Part shown: one piece after another, positions 62,490 through 64,000 of the stretch
Layout: every line of letters starts with the position of its first letter
Numbering within the stretch: the stretch's first letter is position 1
NCBI GenBank assembly: GCA_010093745.1
Contig: MU005965.1
Location: 1-64,000, forward strand
Source: Piedraia hortae CBS 480.64
Lineage: Eukaryota
Direction: 5' to 3'
Length of the DNA: 64,000 nucleotides
The notes under the pieces: generated by a model
The model's input: only the letters and a program-made list of their open reading frames with translations
Database searches by the model: none
Told to the model about the DNA's origin: nothing
Translations under genes and position numbers: made by a program

Positions 62490-64000
62490 ATGATGGCAGC
62501 CTACCCTACGGCGGGCATGCAGCCTGGACTTGCACATCCTGGCGTAGCTTCAACTCCCTCACAGCTCGGGCAGCCCATGATGCACCCCGGTGTATCTGGG
62601 CCGGGCCAACCACACGCAAATCCGGCCAACGCTATGATGGCCATGCAGCAGGGCGCCATGCCCGCCGGACAGCCTCAGGCCGTAGCAGGGATGGGCATGC
62701 CTCAGCCCGGACAGGCAATGGCCGGACAAAGCGTGCCAAGCGGTGCGGCGGCTGCTCATGCCATGCAGCAGCTGAACCCGCAGCATCTCCAAATGCTGCA
62801 GCAGTTTCAGTGTAAGTCATAGGCATGGATGGTGAAGGCCGAGCTAACATTTCAGTGCAACACTCGCAAATGAACATCCATCAGCAGCGTATGATGGCGC
62901 AGCAGCAGCATCAGCAACAGCAGCGACAGCAGCAGCTTCTTCAGGCACAGATGGTGGCTCAGCAGGCAAACAGCATGGGCAGACTGCAGTCTGGCGCGAT
63001 GCAGCTGAACCCGCAAATGCACTTTCATCCAGGTGCCGGCTTCCATCCGCCAGGAACGGCCGTGCAGCTGCCGCCGCATCTGAAGCAGCAACAGCAGAAT
63101 GCTGAAATGCAACTCGCACAGAGATATGCACATTCCCAGAGTCACCAGGCGCACATTCAGCAGCAGCAACAGCAGCAGCAAGGCATGCAGCATGCGAATT
63201 CTCAGCAGAGCAACGCGAGCCAGGCGGGACATGGGGCGAATTCGCAAATGCGACCTCCGTCACGCGTGGCGAACGCCCACGGTGCGAGTCCCGGCGTGTC
63301 GCAAGCGCACCATCAGGGCGGGCCGGTCAAGACGGTGCACACGCCGCAACCGAGCCAGACGCCGCAGATCCCCCCGCCGCCATCGCAACCGCCACCGCAG
63401 ATGCCGATGCCGGCACAACGGGTGACGATGCCTATGCAGCAGCAGCAGCAACATCAGCTGCAAAGGCTCAAGCAGGTACAGCAGGCGCAGATACAAGCGC
63501 AGGCGCAGCAACAGCAGCAACGCCGGTTTGGGTCCTCGATTCTGCGCATCAACCAGTTTGCGGATCATCTGGGGAACTTTGACCAACAGCGCGGGCTCGA
63601 TCTGACGGCGTGGCACGAGTTTGTCGACAAGCATTTCCACGAAAAAGGACGGTTAATGCACAGCTTCGACGACAGCCCAACCGGCGGCAAGGGCAAGCGG
63701 TACGAGGTGATGCGGGCCAACATTGCACGGTATTTCTACATGTGGTTCATGTCGGGCACGTCGGGCCCCCGTCTGCACACGGAAGATCCCAGCGAGTCTG
63801 TGATGCCCGGCGGACGACTCAAGGTGCACTGCTCTCGTGCCACGCTGTCGGCCTACTTTCCGAACGGACTCCGGTGGGAAATGTCGGGCTCGCTGATGGT
63901 CTTGTTCGCGCAGGCATCGGACGAGATTGAGTGTCTGGAACTGCGGCAGACTAACTCGGAGGAGGTGTTGTCCATGGCCGAGATTGAGCGGGTGCTTGCT
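62490..64000 (+). CDS. ptaB: Q-rich LIM-domain-binding transcription cofactor (PtaB/Mfg1/Adn1 family), runs off the window; intron 62812-62855
   Basis: PolyQ/P N-terminus then ILRINQFADHLGNF..DLTAWHEFVDKHF..KRYEV...IARYF. Confidence 0.75.

Overview
Eukaryotic DNA from a filamentous ascomycete fungus (inferred from gene content and short GT..AG introns with CTAAC/CTGAC-type branch points). Very compact, intron-poor housekeeping blocks alternate with transposon graveyards at about 1.7-17 kb, 24.5-31.5 kb and 46.7-51.3 kb. Housekeeping genes: RAD14, HOM3, RIX1, YPP1/Rhf1-like, YPK9, tRNA-Tyr, UBC1, RPT2, a laccase-like oxidase, an M24 peptidase, RVB1, ISA1, PTH2, choline sulfatase, a PIR wall protein and PtaB/Mfg1. 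The graveyards hold decayed hAT, LINE, Copia, Gypsy and Helitron fragments and about a dozen solo LTRs of several families, most with readable 5-bp target-site duplications (TSDs). Most interesting signals: (1) one two-hairpin motif (CAGGG-T5-ACCTC-loop-GAGG...CCCTG, a variable stem-loop, then GCGAATGC) found 8 times inside otherwise dissimilar LTR families, with its structure preserved; (2) a long orphan pseudogene whose three in-frame stops are all one C>T change from Gln codons; (3) a stray RNA polymerase I active-site fragment next to a Helitron helicase remnant; (4) a laccase with Gln at the type-1 copper axial position. All calls are by eye; no database searches were run.
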